A stretch of DNA of 64,000 nt from contig JAZRXS010000086.1 in the NCBI GenBank assembly GCA_045600325.1, positions 16 to 64,015 of the forward strand, in the 5' to 3' direction. Below, piece by piece: positions 9,564 through 21,288 of the stretch. The stretch is from Prevotella sp. GTDB taxonomy: Bacteria; Bacteroidota; Bacteroidia; Bacteroidales; Bacteroidaceae. The notes beneath the pieces are model-generated. The model was not told where the DNA came from, ran no database searches, and was given only the letters and a program-made list of their open reading frames with translations. Both the position numbers and the translations under genes were made by a program. Position 1 is the first letter of the stretch; every line of letters begins with the position of its first letter.

Positions 9564-10535
9564 TTAGTTGTTGATAGAACCGCCGACGATGTCAAGAAGT
9601 TCGCTAGTGATAGCTTGCTGACGAGACTTGTTGTACTGCAGGTTGAGCTGGCGGAGCAGTTCGTCTGCGTTATCTGTAGCCGTCTGCATAGCCACCATTC
9701 TGGCAGCGTGCTCGGAAGCGTTGCTGTCAAGAAGGGCAACATAAACCTGAAGATTGATAACCTTCGGAATGAGGGTGCTCAAAATGGTTTCGCGGTCAGG
9801 CTCGATGAGGTAATAGTCGTTCACCTCAAATGCCTTTACCTTCTCGTGCTTCTCCTCGCCACCACCATTCTCGCGCAGATAATCCTGGGCATCCTTCGTG
9901 GTAACAGTGGAAGTAAGGTCGCGATAGATGTTCTTGTTGAGTTCCTTCTTGAGGTCGATAGGGAGGAGTGTGTCGCGTGTAAGAATCTGCGAACCAGCAC
10001 TCTTGAAGTGGTGGAAGATGAGTTCCACGCGGTCTATCTCGTGGTTGCGGTACATGTCAGCCACCTCGCGTGCTATCTCGGCACACTGCTGTGCGTTAGG
10101 CTTGTCGGCAAGCTGAACGAAATTGCCTGCTGGCTTGTAGCCTAACTTTGTGACCTTCTCCGCAATCTTTCTGCCAACAGGATAGATCAGAATGTTCTCC
10201 TTGCCAAGATGTGCATATTCCTCTGCAACCTGCATAGTGAGCTTGATTACATTGTTGTTGTAACCGCCACACATGCTCGAATTGCTTGAGAATGCGATGA
10301 TGGCAATGCGCTTGATCTCCTGACGCTCATGAACAAGGTCGCTCTCCACATCAACTTCTGCCTGGAGGAATGTCTTGAGCATACCCTTAAGCAAGTTGGC
10401 GTATGGGTACATATTCTCAATCATTCGCTGCGCATGGTGCAGTTTTGATGAGGCAACCATCTTCATGGCACTCGTTATCTTGCGAGTGTTGTTGACAGAA
10501 CCTATTCGAGTTTTTATTTCTTTTAATGAAGCCAT
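9564..10535 (-). CDS. atpG: F0F1 ATP synthase subunit gamma
   Basis: MASLKEIKTRI..KITSAMKMV; SEHAARMVAM; RQQAITSEL. Confidence 0.97.
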   Translation of the reverse strand: MASLKEIKTRIGSVNNTRKITSAMKMVASSKLHHAQRMIENMYPYANLLKGMLKTFLQAEVDVESDLVHERQEIKRIAIIAFSSNSSMCGGYNNNVIKLTMQVAEEYAHLGKENILIYPVGRKIAEKVTKLGYKPAGNFVQLADKPNAQQCAEIAREVADMYRNHEIDRVELIFHHFKSAGSQILTRDTLLPIDLKKELNKNIYRDLTSTVTTKDAQDYLRENGGGEEKHEKVKAFEVNDYYLIEPDRETILSTLIPKVINLQVYVALLDSNASEHAARMVAMQTATDNADELLRQLNLQYNKSRQQAITSELLDIVGGSINN

Positions 10536-10549
10536 ATGAAGCCCCCCTT

Positions 10550-12130
10550 TTAATACTGTCCTGCTACATTAGCCATCACTTCCTCGATAACCTTTGTTTC
10601 TGCGTCGCTAATCTTACCGCTGCCGAGTGTAGCGATAACCTCAGCGTGAGATGTGCGCATAGTCTCAAGGAAAGAGTCTTGACATTCACGAACCTTATCG
10701 ATTGGCACCTTAGCCATCAAGCCGTGAACACCGCAGTAGAGAATGGCAATCTGCTCGCCTACAGGCATTGGAGAATACTGTGACTGAATGAGGAGCTGGT
10801 TGTTCTTACGACCACGGTCGAGAGTCATGGCTGTAACGGCATCCATATCACTTGAGAACTTAGCGAAAGACTCAAGCTCGCGATACTGTGCCTGGTCAAT
10901 CTTCAGAGTACCAGCAACCTTCTTCATAGACTTGATCTGTGCAGAACCACCTACACGAGATACTGAGATACCTACGTTGATGGCTGGACGGAAGCCCTGG
11001 TTGAAGAGGTCTGACTCAAGGAAGATCTGACCGTCAGTGATAGAGATTACGTTTGTAGGGATGTAAGCAGAAACGTCGCCTGCCTGAGTCTCGATGATTG
11101 GGAGAGCTGTGAGCGAACCGCCACCCTTTACATGTCCCTTGAGACATTCTGGGAGGTCGTTCATCTTCTCTGCCACTTCCTGCTGAGCATTGATCTTTGC
11201 AGCACGCTCGAGAAGACGAGAGTGGAGGTAGAATACGTCGCCTGGATAAGCTTCACGACCAGAAGGACGACGAAGAATCAAAGATACCTCACGATAAGCA
11301 ACAGCCTGCTTTGAAAGGTCATCGTAAACTACGAGAGCAGAGAAACCACGGTCGCGGAAATACTCACCGATGGCAGCACCAGCGAAAGGTGCATAATACT
11401 GCATGGCAGCAGGATCAGCAGCTGTAGCAGCAACGATGATAGTATAAGGAAGTGCGCCGTGCTCCTTCAGGTTCTGAACGAGAGCAGCTACTGTAGATGC
11501 CTTCTGACCGATGGCAACATAGATACAGTAAACAGGTTCGCCTGCATCATAGAAGCTCTTCTGGTTGATGATGGTATCGATGGCGATAGCTGTCTTACCT
11601 GTCTGACGGTCACCGATGATAAGCTCACGCTGACCACGTCCGATAGGAATCATTGAATCGACAGCCTTAAGACCAGTCTGCAGAGGTTCCTTTACCGGCT
11701 GACGATAAATCACACCAGGAGCCTTGCGGTCGAGTGGCATTTCGAATGAGTTTGTGAGGTCGATGTCGCCGAGACCGTCAATGGCCTGACCGATAGGGTT
11801 GATAACGCGACCGAGCATGTTGTCGTTCACGCGGATGGAAGCGATACGCTTTGTACGCTTAACAACCTGACCCTCCTTGATGCCGCTTGTAGGACCGAGA
11901 AGGACGCAACCAACGTTGTCTTCCTCAAGGTTCATCACAATCGCCATCGTGCCATTCTCAAACTCAAGAAGTTCGTTAGCCTCTGCATTGCGGAGTCCGT
12001 AGATACGAGCCACACCATCGCTGACAGTAAGCACTGTACCTACCTCATCAAAGTCCTGTCCACCCTCAATGCCGTTGAGCTGCTGGAGAAGAACCTCAGA
12101 GACTTCACTTGGTTTTATTTTGTCTGACAT
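10550..12130 (-). CDS. atpA: F0F1 ATP synthase subunit alpha
   Basis: [32 protein letters not shown]. Confidence 0.98.
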   Translation of the reverse strand: MSDKIKPSEVSEVLLQQLNGIEGGQDFDEVGTVLTVSDGVARIYGLRNAEANELLEFENGTMAIVMNLEEDNVGCVLLGPTSGIKEGQVVKRTKRIASIRVNDNMLGRVINPIGQAIDGLGDIDLTNSFEMPLDRKAPGVIYRQPVKEPLQTGLKAVDSMIPIGRGQRELIIGDRQTGKTAIAIDTIINQKSFYDAGEPVYCIYVAIGQKASTVAALVQNLKEHGALPYTIIVAATAADPAAMQYYAPFAGAAIGEYFRDRGFSALVVYDDLSKQAVAYREVSLILRRPSGREAYPGDVFYLHSRLLERAAKINAQQEVAEKMNDLPECLKGHVKGGGSLTALPIIETQAGDVSAYIPTNVISITDGQIFLESDLFNQGFRPAINVGISVSRVGGSAQIKSMKKVAGTLKIDQAQYRELESFAKFSSDMDAVTAMTLDRGRKNNQLLIQSQYSPMPVGEQIAILYCGVHGLMAKVPIDKVRECQDSFLETMRTSHAEVIATLGSGKISDAETKVIEEVMANVAGQY

Positions 12131-12317
12131 AAAAGCCCCACCCCCGACCCCTCCCCCTTATGGGAGGGGAGTGATATGATTTGTTGGGGGTTATGCTATA
12201 TCACAATGTGGTTTTTACTAATAATATTCCTTAAGCCGCCTTTCCCTACAAGAGTAATTATTGCTTTTTCTAATTACTCCCCTCCCATCAGGGGGAGGGG
12301 TAGGGGGTGGGGCTTTT
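12131..12317. repeat. GC-rich REP doublet (REPIN-like) between atpH and atpA
   Basis: AAAAGCCCCACCCCCGACCCCTCCCCCTTATGGGAGGGGAGT ... ACTCCCCTCCCATCAGGGGGAGGGGTAGGGGGTGGGGCTTTT, ~42-bp inverted repeats with an AT-rich spacer. Confidence 0.85.
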
Positions 12318-12849
12318 AACTAAGAGCATTGAGAATGTTTCTCAACTGACTTTTCACACTGGCATCCATACGGTAAGTGTCGTATTCGAGAATGAAACCG
12401 CCGATGATCTCTGGGTTCACTTCCGACTTGAACTCCACTTTGCCGTTTGTCCTGTTCTCCACCATGCCACGCAGCTTAGCTTCCGTTTCTGGAGTTACCG
12501 CAGCGGCAGTGATGAGGCGTCCGCGAATGAGGTTCTGCTGTTGTCTGTAAAGTGTGATGTAAGAGTTTGCCATGAACTGCATGATGGACTCTCTGCCTTC
12601 CTTGAGAACAAGCTTCACGAACTTCTGTGAAAGCTCGGCAGCCCCTTCTCCCAAGGCAGCAAGCAGCAGTTTCTCCTTCTGCTCAACGGTGAGCATAGGA
12701 TTGTCGAGTGTGTGACGCAGCTTTGGAAGTTTCACATACGTGTCCGCAAGCTGCTGCATATCGTTATATACAGCTTCCTGCACCTTCTGCTGCGTAGCAC
12801 TCTTGAGTAGTGCTCTTGCATATCTTACAGATATTACACCTATATCCAT
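12316..12849 (-). CDS. atpH: F0F1 ATP synthase subunit delta
   Basis: RYARAL, PEIIGGFIL..DASV; operon position. Confidence 0.95.
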   Translation of the reverse strand: MDIGVISVRYARALLKSATQQKVQEAVYNDMQQLADTYVKLPKLRHTLDNPMLTVEQKEKLLLAALGEGAAELSQKFVKLVLKEGRESIMQFMANSYITLYRQQQNLIRGRLITAAAVTPETEAKLRGMVENRTNGKVEFKSEVNPEIIGGFILEYDTYRMDASVKSQLRNILNALS

Positions 12850-12890
12850 TTGGTTCTGGGTTTTGTGTTTTCAGTTTTAGGTATCGAAAC

Positions 12891-13391
12891 CTATTTCACC
12901 TCATCCAACATCTTATTGATAAGGTCCATCTGAGCCTTGTCGTCAGAAAGCTTCTGGCGAACAACCTTCTCTGCAATCTCTACTGAGAGCTGTGCTACCT
13001 GCTTGCGGATCTCGCTGATAGCCTGCTGCTTCTGGCTTTCTATCTCAGCCTTAGCTTCCTCAAGTATGCGATTGCTTTCTTGACGGGCCTTCTCCTGCGC
13101 CTGTCCTACAATGGCTTCACGAGTGGCAGTAGCCTCCTTGATGATGGCAGCCTGCTTCTCACGAGCCTCTTGCAGTATGGCTTCGCTCTCCTGCTTGATG
13201 TTCTCAAGTCTATCGGTAGCTTCATGCGCTTTCTTCAGGCTGTCGTCGATATACTTCTTTCGTTCCTCAACCATATTGATGATGGCAGGGAAACCGAACT
13301 TGGCAAGTATGCCGAAGACCACCAAGAACGCGATAAGCATCCAAAAGAGGAGACCTAAGTCGGGCGTTAAGATTGATGGCAAATTTTCCAT
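12891..13391 (-). CDS. atpF: F0F1 ATP synthase subunit b
   Basis: PDLGLLFWM transmembrane helix followed by coiled coil; start taken at MENLPS. Confidence 0.95.
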   Translation of the reverse strand: MENLPSILTPDLGLLFWMLIAFLVVFGILAKFGFPAIINMVEERKKYIDDSLKKAHEATDRLENIKQESEAILQEAREKQAAIIKEATATREAIVGQAQEKARQESNRILEEAKAEIESQKQQAISEIRKQVAQLSVEIAEKVVRQKLSDDKAQMDLINKMLDEVK

Positions 13392-13459
13392 AATATTTCG
13401 TTTGGAGTCTTGATACATGCATCAATGCGATGCAAATTCAAAACGAACGCAAAACTCTT

Positions 13460-13696
13460 TTATTTGATAAGGAATGCACAAGCTACAACAGCGAAGAGAG
13501 CAACACCTTCAACGAATGCTGAAGTAAGAATCATGTTGGTCTGAATCTTGCCTGCTGCTTCTGGCTGACGAGCGATAGCGTCCATAGCCTGACCGCCAAT
13601 CTTACCAATACCAAGACCTGCACCAATTGTTGCAATACCTGCGCCGAGACCACAACCCATAGCTGCGAGTCCGTCCAAAAGAATAGAAGTTAACAT
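13460..13696 (-). CDS. atpE: F0F1 ATP synthase subunit c
   Basis: GAGLGIG, ARQPE, VEGVALF. Confidence 0.97.
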   Translation of the reverse strand: MLTSILLDGLAAMGCGLGAGIATIGAGLGIGKIGGQAMDAIARQPEAAGKIQTNMILTSAFVEGVALFAVVACAFLIK

Positions 13697-13798
13697 AGTT
13701 TTTTAAGGTTTTAAGCCTCTCCTTAATAAAAGGCAGAAGCGATAGTTATTATTTTCTTATTTATTTTTCTTGAAATGATTTTTCTGAATTTCAGAGGA

Positions 13799-14875
13799 TT
13801 ACTCATGATGATGCTCTGGGTGAGCAAGACCAATGAACACTGCTGAGAGGAGCGTGAACACGTAAGCCTGAACGAAGGCTACAAGAAGCTCCACGCAGTT
13901 CATGAACAGAAGCATGACGCCACTGAAGATGTTGAGTCCGAGACCCATGCCTGTGCCGAGTGTCCAACCGAGGAAGATCACGCAAGTGAATGAAAGGATG
14001 ATAGCGTGTCCTGCCATCATGTTGGCAAAGAGACGGACCATGAGTGCGAAAGGCTTTGTGAAGATACCTACAACCTCAATCACTGGGATGAGTGGTGCAG
14101 GGTAAGCCTTCAGGAAGAGTGGCACCTCTGGCCAGAAGATTTCCTTCCAATACTCTTTGTTGCCGAAGATGTTGACGAGCAACATTGTGCAGATGGCAAG
14201 GAATAATGTCACGTTGATGTTACCTGTCACATTGGCTCCACCAGGGAATACAGGGAGAAGTCCGAGGAGGTTAGTCACCAATATGAAGAAGAACACTGTG
14301 AGAAGATAAGGAGCAAACTTCTTTGCATGCTTTTCTCCAACACAAGCTATGATAACGCTTTCATAGATGTACATTACCAACATCTCGATACAACCGACAA
14401 ATCCCTTAGGAGCGTCGCTCTTCTCGTCGTGCTTCTTGTACCATTTTGCGCAACTGAGGAAGACTGTAAGGAGAACGATTACAACGATCCATATCTGGAC
14501 AACAGACTTCGTAAGGCTGAGGTCGAGAGGACGAACTGATTCTCCATTGGACAGCTTCTCATAGATCTTGCCGTGATGCTCTTCATCGAAGAAGTAGCGA
14601 CCACTGTTAACGGAACCTTCCTCGATGGCATGTTCCGTGCAGAAAGTCCACTCTCCGGTTTCCGAACTTCTCAGGATGATAGGAAGCGGAATGCTCAGGT
14701 GCTTGCCTTCGTATGTGGCGATGTGCCATTCATACGAGTCTGACAAGTGCTCGAGCACGATTTCTGGTATGTCTATACCTTCCTCTTTCTGCTCGCCTTC
14801 AGCACCGTTTGCAAAAGTCTGCAACGGCAGGAGAGCGAGTATCAGTAGGAAGAATATGTTTTTAATATTTTTCAT
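13799..14875 (-). CDS. atpB: F0F1 ATP synthase subunit a
   Basis: KPFALMVRLFANMMAGH, ELLVAFVQAYVF. Confidence 0.97.
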   Translation of the reverse strand: MKNIKNIFFLLILALLPLQTFANGAEGEQKEEGIDIPEIVLEHLSDSYEWHIATYEGKHLSIPLPIILRSSETGEWTFCTEHAIEEGSVNSGRYFFDEEHHGKIYEKLSNGESVRPLDLSLTKSVVQIWIVVIVLLTVFLSCAKWYKKHDEKSDAPKGFVGCIEMLVMYIYESVIIACVGEKHAKKFAPYLLTVFFFILVTNLLGLLPVFPGGANVTGNINVTLFLAICTMLLVNIFGNKEYWKEIFWPEVPLFLKAYPAPLIPVIEVVGIFTKPFALMVRLFANMMAGHAIILSFTCVIFLGWTLGTGMGLGLNIFSGVMLLFMNCVELLVAFVQAYVFTLLSAVFIGLAHPEHHHE

Positions 14876-14878
14876 CAG

Positions 14879-15265
14879 TTACTTATTGTTTGCGAAGAAC
14901 AGAGTGTGATGTCCAAGCAGTGCGAGATAATAGACGGCGAATACCGCGAGATATGTCCAGAAACTTTTTTCGTCCACGATAGCATAGATTATTACAATCA
15001 AGGCTATCGACGCGAACATCCTTACGGCTTGGAAGGCGAGGAAGAACTGAGGCAGGAAGTCCGGCTTGTCAGTTGCTATCTTGCGCCATGCAAAGGCATC
15101 TGCTATCTCCAGGAAGAAGGAGTAGATCACCATCACCAGTAGTGCGTTTATCAATGACGGCTGTGGAGCTATCTGCTGGAATATGATTCCTGCTATCGTT
15201 AGCGGAATGAAAACCAATGCACTCTGGCTGGTGTACTTCTTTGCCCGAGAGTTTATTTCGTTCAT
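14879..15265 (-). CDS. AtpI-like membrane protein
   Basis: Four hydrophobic segments; lies between atpC and atpB; ATGA overlap with atpC. Confidence 0.75.
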   Translation of the reverse strand: MNEINSRAKKYTSQSALVFIPLTIAGIIFQQIAPQPSLINALLVMVIYSFFLEIADAFAWRKIATDKPDFLPQFFLAFQAVRMFASIALIVIIYAIVDEKSFWTYLAVFAVYYLALLGHHTLFFANNK

Positions 15266-15507
15266 TCTATTTCGATGCAAAGGCTGACAATATTGTCATG
15301 AAGTTCCACAAATCCGCCGCCGATATTCACAGTCTGAACTCCCTGTCCAGGCACGGTGTATTCCACCACACCTTTTTCCAAAGAGGAGATGATAGGAGCG
15401 TGGTTCTCGAGAATCTCGAAGAGACCGGCAGTGCCAGGCACCTTTACGAGTTCCACTTCGCCATCAAAAGATGTGCCTTTAGGAGATATGATTTTCAGTG
15501 TTAGCAT
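15262..15507 (-). CDS. atpC: F0F1 ATP synthase subunit epsilon (short Bacteroidetes form)
   Basis: LKIISP, PGTAGLFEILENHAP, GGFVE. Confidence 0.93.
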   Translation of the reverse strand: MLTLKIISPKGTSFDGEVELVKVPGTAGLFEILENHAPIISSLEKGVVEYTVPGQGVQTVNIGGGFVELHDNIVSLCIEIE

Positions 15508-15560
15508 AAATCTAATTTACAATTTACATTCTTTGACCAATTGTCCTATTGTCAATAGAT

Positions 15561-17072
<1,512 letters not shown>

Positions 17073-17176
17073 CTATATATTATTAATGTGTTAGCTGGTT
17101 TGTATTAGCGCGTGTTTCCTTAGGAATTTGGTTAGTTTCTTTGGAATTTCCGTGCTTATCTGTGTATTAGTGTGGG

Positions 17177-17184
17177 CAAAATTA
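17177..17184 (-). promoter_or_regulatory. -7 promoter element of the atp operon
   Basis: TAATTTTG on the minus strand. Confidence 0.6.
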
Positions 17185-17298
17185 AAAAAATCTTTGATTT
17201 TACGCAAACTTTTTGCAAGAAAATTTCATAAAAAAATCAATATTGGGCTATTTGTAAGCAAAATGTAACAAGTTTGAGAGTCAATGACCCACCAGATT

Positions 17299-17530
17299 TG
17301 ACAAAATAGTGTCAGTATCCTCGTGCAAATTTATAGGCAATAGAGATGTTTTTGTAATGTATTGAAAACGAGAAGGTTAGGAAAGTGCAAAAAAACTACC
17401 ACGTTTTTGGGTCAAAAACGTGGGGGTTTTGGGTCAAAAGGCTATGAGTTTTTGGGCAAAAGTGCCGAAGTTTTTATCAGCAACTCATAGAGTTACGGAA
17501 AAAGCTGCCTAAACTGACAAAATAGTATCA
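17299..17530 (+). repeat. ~231-bp DR-bounded element with five 22-bp-period units, copy A
   Basis: TGACAAAATAGTRTCA at 17299 and 17515; units at 17392, 17414, 17436, 17458, 17480. Confidence 0.88.
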
Positions 17531-17558
17531 ATGAAAAGGACGCTCAGTCATGGATGTG

Positions 17559-18506
17559 TTATTTCTTGTAATAGCCTTTGGCTTCCGGCATGAACTGCTT
17601 GATGTTGTTTATGCGATTCGTGTTGGACGGGTGGGTTGAAAACCAGTCGCGAGAAGTCGATGATGAGCTTTGTGCCCCCATGCGCTGCCAGAAGCCTATG
17701 GCAGCCTCGGGATCATAGCCTGCCATGGCAGCGATGATAAGTCCGAGGCGGTCGGCTTCCGTTTCGTTAAGTCGCGAGAACTTGAGGTTGGCAAGGGTCA
17801 CTCCCGATGCAGCAAGTATTGCAGCCATGCTTTTTTGCGAGTTGCTCATGTCGTCGTTTGTCAGGATGGCATACAAGGCAGCCACTCCAACGGTAGTCAT
17901 CAGGTTCTTTGTCAACTGCTCTGAGCTGTGCTTTGCTATGGCATGGGCTATCTCGTGCCCGATAACACAAGCAAGCGATGCGTCGTCCTTTGCTGTTGGA
18001 AGTATGCCGGTGTAAACCACAATCTTACCGCCAGGCATGCAGAAAGCGTTCACATCATTGCTTTGCACAACTTTGACAGTCCAATTGAAAGATTTCAGTT
18101 CATCACTCATGCCGTTGTCGCGCATTATCTTTTCAGTAGCCCTTATCAGTCGTTTTGCCACACGATCCACCTGAGCTGTCTGCTGCGCGTTTGTGCAGGC
18201 GCGAGTACTCTTGATGTACGACTGATACTGTTGGTCGCTGTATGGTATAAGGTATTTGTCGGGCACAAGATTATAGAAACTGCGCTTGGTAATAGGCACA
18301 GTGTATTCGTAAGCCTTCACCATGTCGGATTCTGTTATGGTGGACACGGTTTCCTTTGTCTTATTCCACAGTTCCTTTCTCGTGTCAGAGTTCCATGCGC
18401 TCTCTGCCTTGCGCTTCAACCTGCTCCATGTGCTCTGCGAGTAGGCACTCTGCATGGTGAAGCATAGCAAGAAAGTCAGAAGTATAGATGAGTAAGTGCG
18501 TTTCAT
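17559..18506 (-). CDS. M48 family metallopeptidase
   Basis: NAFCMPGGKIVVYTG, GHEIAH, ETEAD, STHP; signal peptide. Confidence 0.92.
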   Translation of the reverse strand: MKRTYSSILLTFLLCFTMQSAYSQSTWSRLKRKAESAWNSDTRKELWNKTKETVSTITESDMVKAYEYTVPITKRSFYNLVPDKYLIPYSDQQYQSYIKSTRACTNAQQTAQVDRVAKRLIRATEKIMRDNGMSDELKSFNWTVKVVQSNDVNAFCMPGGKIVVYTGILPTAKDDASLACVIGHEIAHAIAKHSSEQLTKNLMTTVGVAALYAILTNDDMSNSQKSMAAILAASGVTLANLKFSRLNETEADRLGLIIAAMAGYDPEAAIGFWQRMGAQSSSSTSRDWFSTHPSNTNRINNIKQFMPEAKGYYKK

Positions 18507-18531
18507 TGATTTTGAACGAAAATGTTGAGAG

Positions 18532-19218
18532 TTACTTTAATATAGGTGCCTTGCAGCGTGGGCAGGTGTCGGCATCAAGGCTCACTGTGCTTTGGCAGAA
18601 AACGCAGCAGGTATGTGTGTCGTTAGGTTCTTTCTTCTTCTCGAAAGGTGCGGGGAACTGCGGTAGGAAGCGTATCTCGTCACCAATCTTCAGATAGCGA
18701 TATATTCCTTCATACCCAGTACTCTTATGTGTATGCTTCTTGCCGTTTGTGTCACGGGTTACAATGTAATATTTAGTTCTATCGGGAGCATCATCCTCAT
18801 CATATAATATCAGCTTGTCACGCTTTTCTATCACAGTTCCGATATACGGCTTCTGCAACTTCTGCTTAATGGTAGGATATATTCCAAAACAGAACATTAT
18901 CAAGGAAACTATAGGGCCGTACGTGAATGCCTCTGCAATGGTTATGTCGCTCGAACAAAGCGCATAGATGAGGAATCCCACAATTGGGGCTATTACCACA
19001 AGACATAGAAAGAGGTTTCTCCATCGTCTCTGCATAGCCAGATACGCTTTCATCTCGTCAGAGTCCACTCTTTGGGAATAGCCACCAAAGTTGCGTGAAG
19101 GTGTCGCAACCGCGTGTGAATGTTCCGATTGGCCGACATTCCTTCTTACGGCAGTGCCACATTTGTCGCAAAATGAATCACCGTCATTCAGTTTTGCTCC
19201 ACAGTTTCTACAATACAT
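18532..19218 (-). CDS. Zinc-ribbon domain membrane protein
   Basis: N-terminal CRNCG..FCDKCG, two transmembrane helices, C-terminal CVFC..CPRC. Confidence 0.75.
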   Translation of the reverse strand: MYCRNCGAKLNDGDSFCDKCGTAVRRNVGQSEHSHAVATPSRNFGGYSQRVDSDEMKAYLAMQRRWRNLFLCLVVIAPIVGFLIYALCSSDITIAEAFTYGPIVSLIMFCFGIYPTIKQKLQKPYIGTVIEKRDKLILYDEDDAPDRTKYYIVTRDTNGKKHTHKSTGYEGIYRYLKIGDEIRFLPQFPAPFEKKKEPNDTHTCCVFCQSTVSLDADTCPRCKAPILK

Positions 19219-19274
19219 GAGTCTTTATAAGTTTTTTATTGTTTGACAAGTATCGCCATCATTGAGATGCCTAT

Positions 19275-20006
19275 TTATTCTTCTATCAATTCAAAATGCT
19301 GATAGTCCTTTCGTGTGGTCCAATCACCTCCCCATTCAAAGCCGTTTTCTGTAAACAACTTATAGCACAGGTCGCCCTTTTCTATCTTGTATGGGAATGA
19401 TTTACTGCGGTCAAGGTATGGGGCACCTGTCGCTGGTTCAATGAGTTCTGTTCCATCTTCAAGTATCTTATGATAAGGATTGTAGAGTGTGTTGATGTCT
19501 ATCGCTACACCCTTACCATGTTTCGACACGGTTGTTGTATGGGATATGAAGCGGAAATTGAAACTTGACGAATTGTTGTCACGCATGGTCCTCTCGTCAT
19601 CAGCATCCCAATAGTCAACCAATCGCATCCTTTCTATAGGGTACTTTGCCTTGTACAGTTGGTGCAGAATATTGAGAACAGTAGATGAGATTTTCTTGTT
19701 CACTACCATTTCACCGACAAACGCACGTCCGTTAATATCACGATGCAGACACAAGAGATAGCGTAGATCGCCGCGTGGAATAGTGCAATCTTCCTTGAAA
19801 GATTTGCCCTGCATCAGCGCAAATATCGTGTCTGGAATATCTATGTCCTTGAAGAATGACATTTCCCCTTGGGTTGCTATTGCCGCTTCCGGAACTATTT
19901 GCCCTGGATAAAACACCTGCTTGGGAGTTTCTGGCTCATAGTCGCGACATGACCCAACAATAAATATCAAAAGTAATAACAGTACATAATTTGTTAACTT
20001 CTTCAT
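19275..20006 (-). CDS. M15 family metallopeptidase, lipoprotein
   Basis: NNSSSFNFR, SKHGKGVAIDIN, WGGDW..KDYQHFE; lipobox VGSC; start at MKKLTN. Confidence 0.88.
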   Translation of the reverse strand: MKKLTNYVLLLLLIFIVGSCRDYEPETPKQVFYPGQIVPEAAIATQGEMSFFKDIDIPDTIFALMQGKSFKEDCTIPRGDLRYLLCLHRDINGRAFVGEMVVNKKISSTVLNILHQLYKAKYPIERMRLVDYWDADDERTMRDNNSSSFNFRFISHTTTVSKHGKGVAIDINTLYNPYHKILEDGTELIEPATGAPYLDRSKSFPYKIEKGDLCYKLFTENGFEWGGDWTTRKDYQHFELIEE

Positions 20007-20053
20007 TTGTATTTCTTTGTTTACGAGACTGTTAGCAGTCTCTATGTTAATAA

Positions 20054-20158
20054 TCTCCCCAATAGCTCCTGTCCAAACTGCGGTAGAGAACGGCTTCCTG
20101 GATGTGGCGCTTTTCAACGAGTTCGGAGTTGTCGAGATCTGCTATTGTGCGTGCTACT
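20054..20158 (-). repeat. Displaced duplicate of the comM 3' end (att-like direct repeat)
   Basis: 105 bp, 7 mismatches to 21184-21288, all synonymous. Confidence 0.92.
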
Positions 20159-21107
20159 GTAACACCTTGTTTCGTCTCTGCAAAGCCACAAGGATGCTGC
20201 GCTCTGCCATTGGATTGAGACCGCGGAAGGTGATGTATTGTTTTAGTTTTTTCAATGGAATGTCCAGCAATAGTTTGGCTATACATTCGTCTGCAAAGGA
20301 GTTGGAAACGACATTGACTCCTGTGAAATCCAAGGCTATACGTGTGTCCTCTGAGAACATTGGGCGGAGCTGTTCGCGGATTCTTGCTCCCATTTCACGC
20401 GTGCCGAAGTCTGTGGCAATGTCGCAGAAACGGAATTCACTGGTAGAATTGCCATTTAACCAAAGCGTTTCCAATTCGTCTGTCTCTATGAAGGATTCGT
20501 TATATTGCTCTTCTGCATTAGTGCGATGGTCAACTACATCATTGGGATTTATCTCCTTTGATGTTGTTATCTCCATATACACGATAGTGCCTTGCCAATA
20601 ACCATTCTCAATAACGTCTGTGCTATTATCTTTATGTATCAGCTTGTGATTACCGGAGTGGATTATAAACTGCAAGCCTACATCTTTCATAAGTCGGGAT
20701 GTGGCATAGAGTCCGAAGCCCATTCCTTTGCCATCGGTTACGGAATCCTCAATACACATGCGAATGGCATCGGCCTCAGTGATGTAACGGAATTTTTCAT
20801 TCTCCGCTAACGATTGGCGTATGCCCATGCCGTCGTCTGCCACAAGGACACGAAGCACATCCTTGTCGGCGTCAAAATGAGTTATTGCCGTTCCAAGTGG
20901 TTTGCCTGAATGTATGTGGACATTATCAAGAATTTCATAAAAACAATAGCTGAGAGCTTGCAATACACTCACTTCTATCTCGAAATGATTGGTGAGAGCT
21001 GCAAGAACCTGCTGATACACATCGTTCAGTGTATGGGCATCAAAGACGTCTATTGTTGTGTCTTCAACGCCTTGAAAGTATTGTTTCAATAAAAAAGATA
21101 CGTTCAT
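20154..21107 (-). CDS. HATPase-like + STAS-like (DUF4325-type) protein
   Basis: [10 protein letters not shown] (N-box), [16 protein letters not shown]-terminal [16 protein letters not shown]. Confidence 0.75.
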   Translation of the reverse strand: MNVSFLLKQYFQGVEDTTIDVFDAHTLNDVYQQVLAALTNHFEIEVSVLQALSYCFYEILDNVHIHSGKPLGTAITHFDADKDVLRVLVADDGMGIRQSLAENEKFRYITEADAIRMCIEDSVTDGKGMGFGLYATSRLMKDVGLQFIIHSGNHKLIHKDNSTDVIENGYWQGTIVYMEITTSKEINPNDVVDHRTNAEEQYNESFIETDELETLWLNGNSTSEFRFCDIATDFGTREMGARIREQLRPMFSEDTRIALDFTGVNVVSNSFADECIAKLLLDIPLKKLKQYITFRGLNPMAERSILVALQRRNKVLQ

Positions 21108-21288
21108 GGCTTCTACATTTTATAATGCTTCTTGTCCAGAAGACAAAATTGAAAATCCGTAAATTGCAAATCCCCTTTACCATTCTCCCCAATAGCTTCT
21201 GTCCAAACTGCGGTAGAGGACGGCTTCTTGGATGTGGCGTTTTTCAACAAGTTCGGAGTTGTCGAGGTCAGCTATTGTGCGTGCTACT
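20159..21288 (-). mobile_element. 1.13-kb cassette integrated into the comM 3' end (no recombinase)
   Basis: Bounded by the duplicated comM 3' end at an offset of exactly 1130 bp. Confidence 0.65.

Noticed and set aside
13460..13696. Na+-translocating ATP synthase
   Set aside because: Subunit c has EGVALF and lacks the Q...ES/T sodium-binding signature; the atpD-first order is normal for Bacteroidetes
17299..17530. Classical MITE or IS end
   Set aside because: Ends are direct repeats shared by all copies, not inverted repeats or site-specific target duplications; no transposase nearby
20047..20286. 79-aa ORF ending in a ComM-like peptide, and the 5' extension of the M15 ORF to 20117
   Set aside because: By-products of the displaced comM 3' end; the M15 start is better placed at 20006
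20054..21288. DGR template/variable repeat pair
   Set aside because: Mismatches are synonymous third-position changes of mixed type rather than adenine-specific, and no reverse transcriptase is in the window
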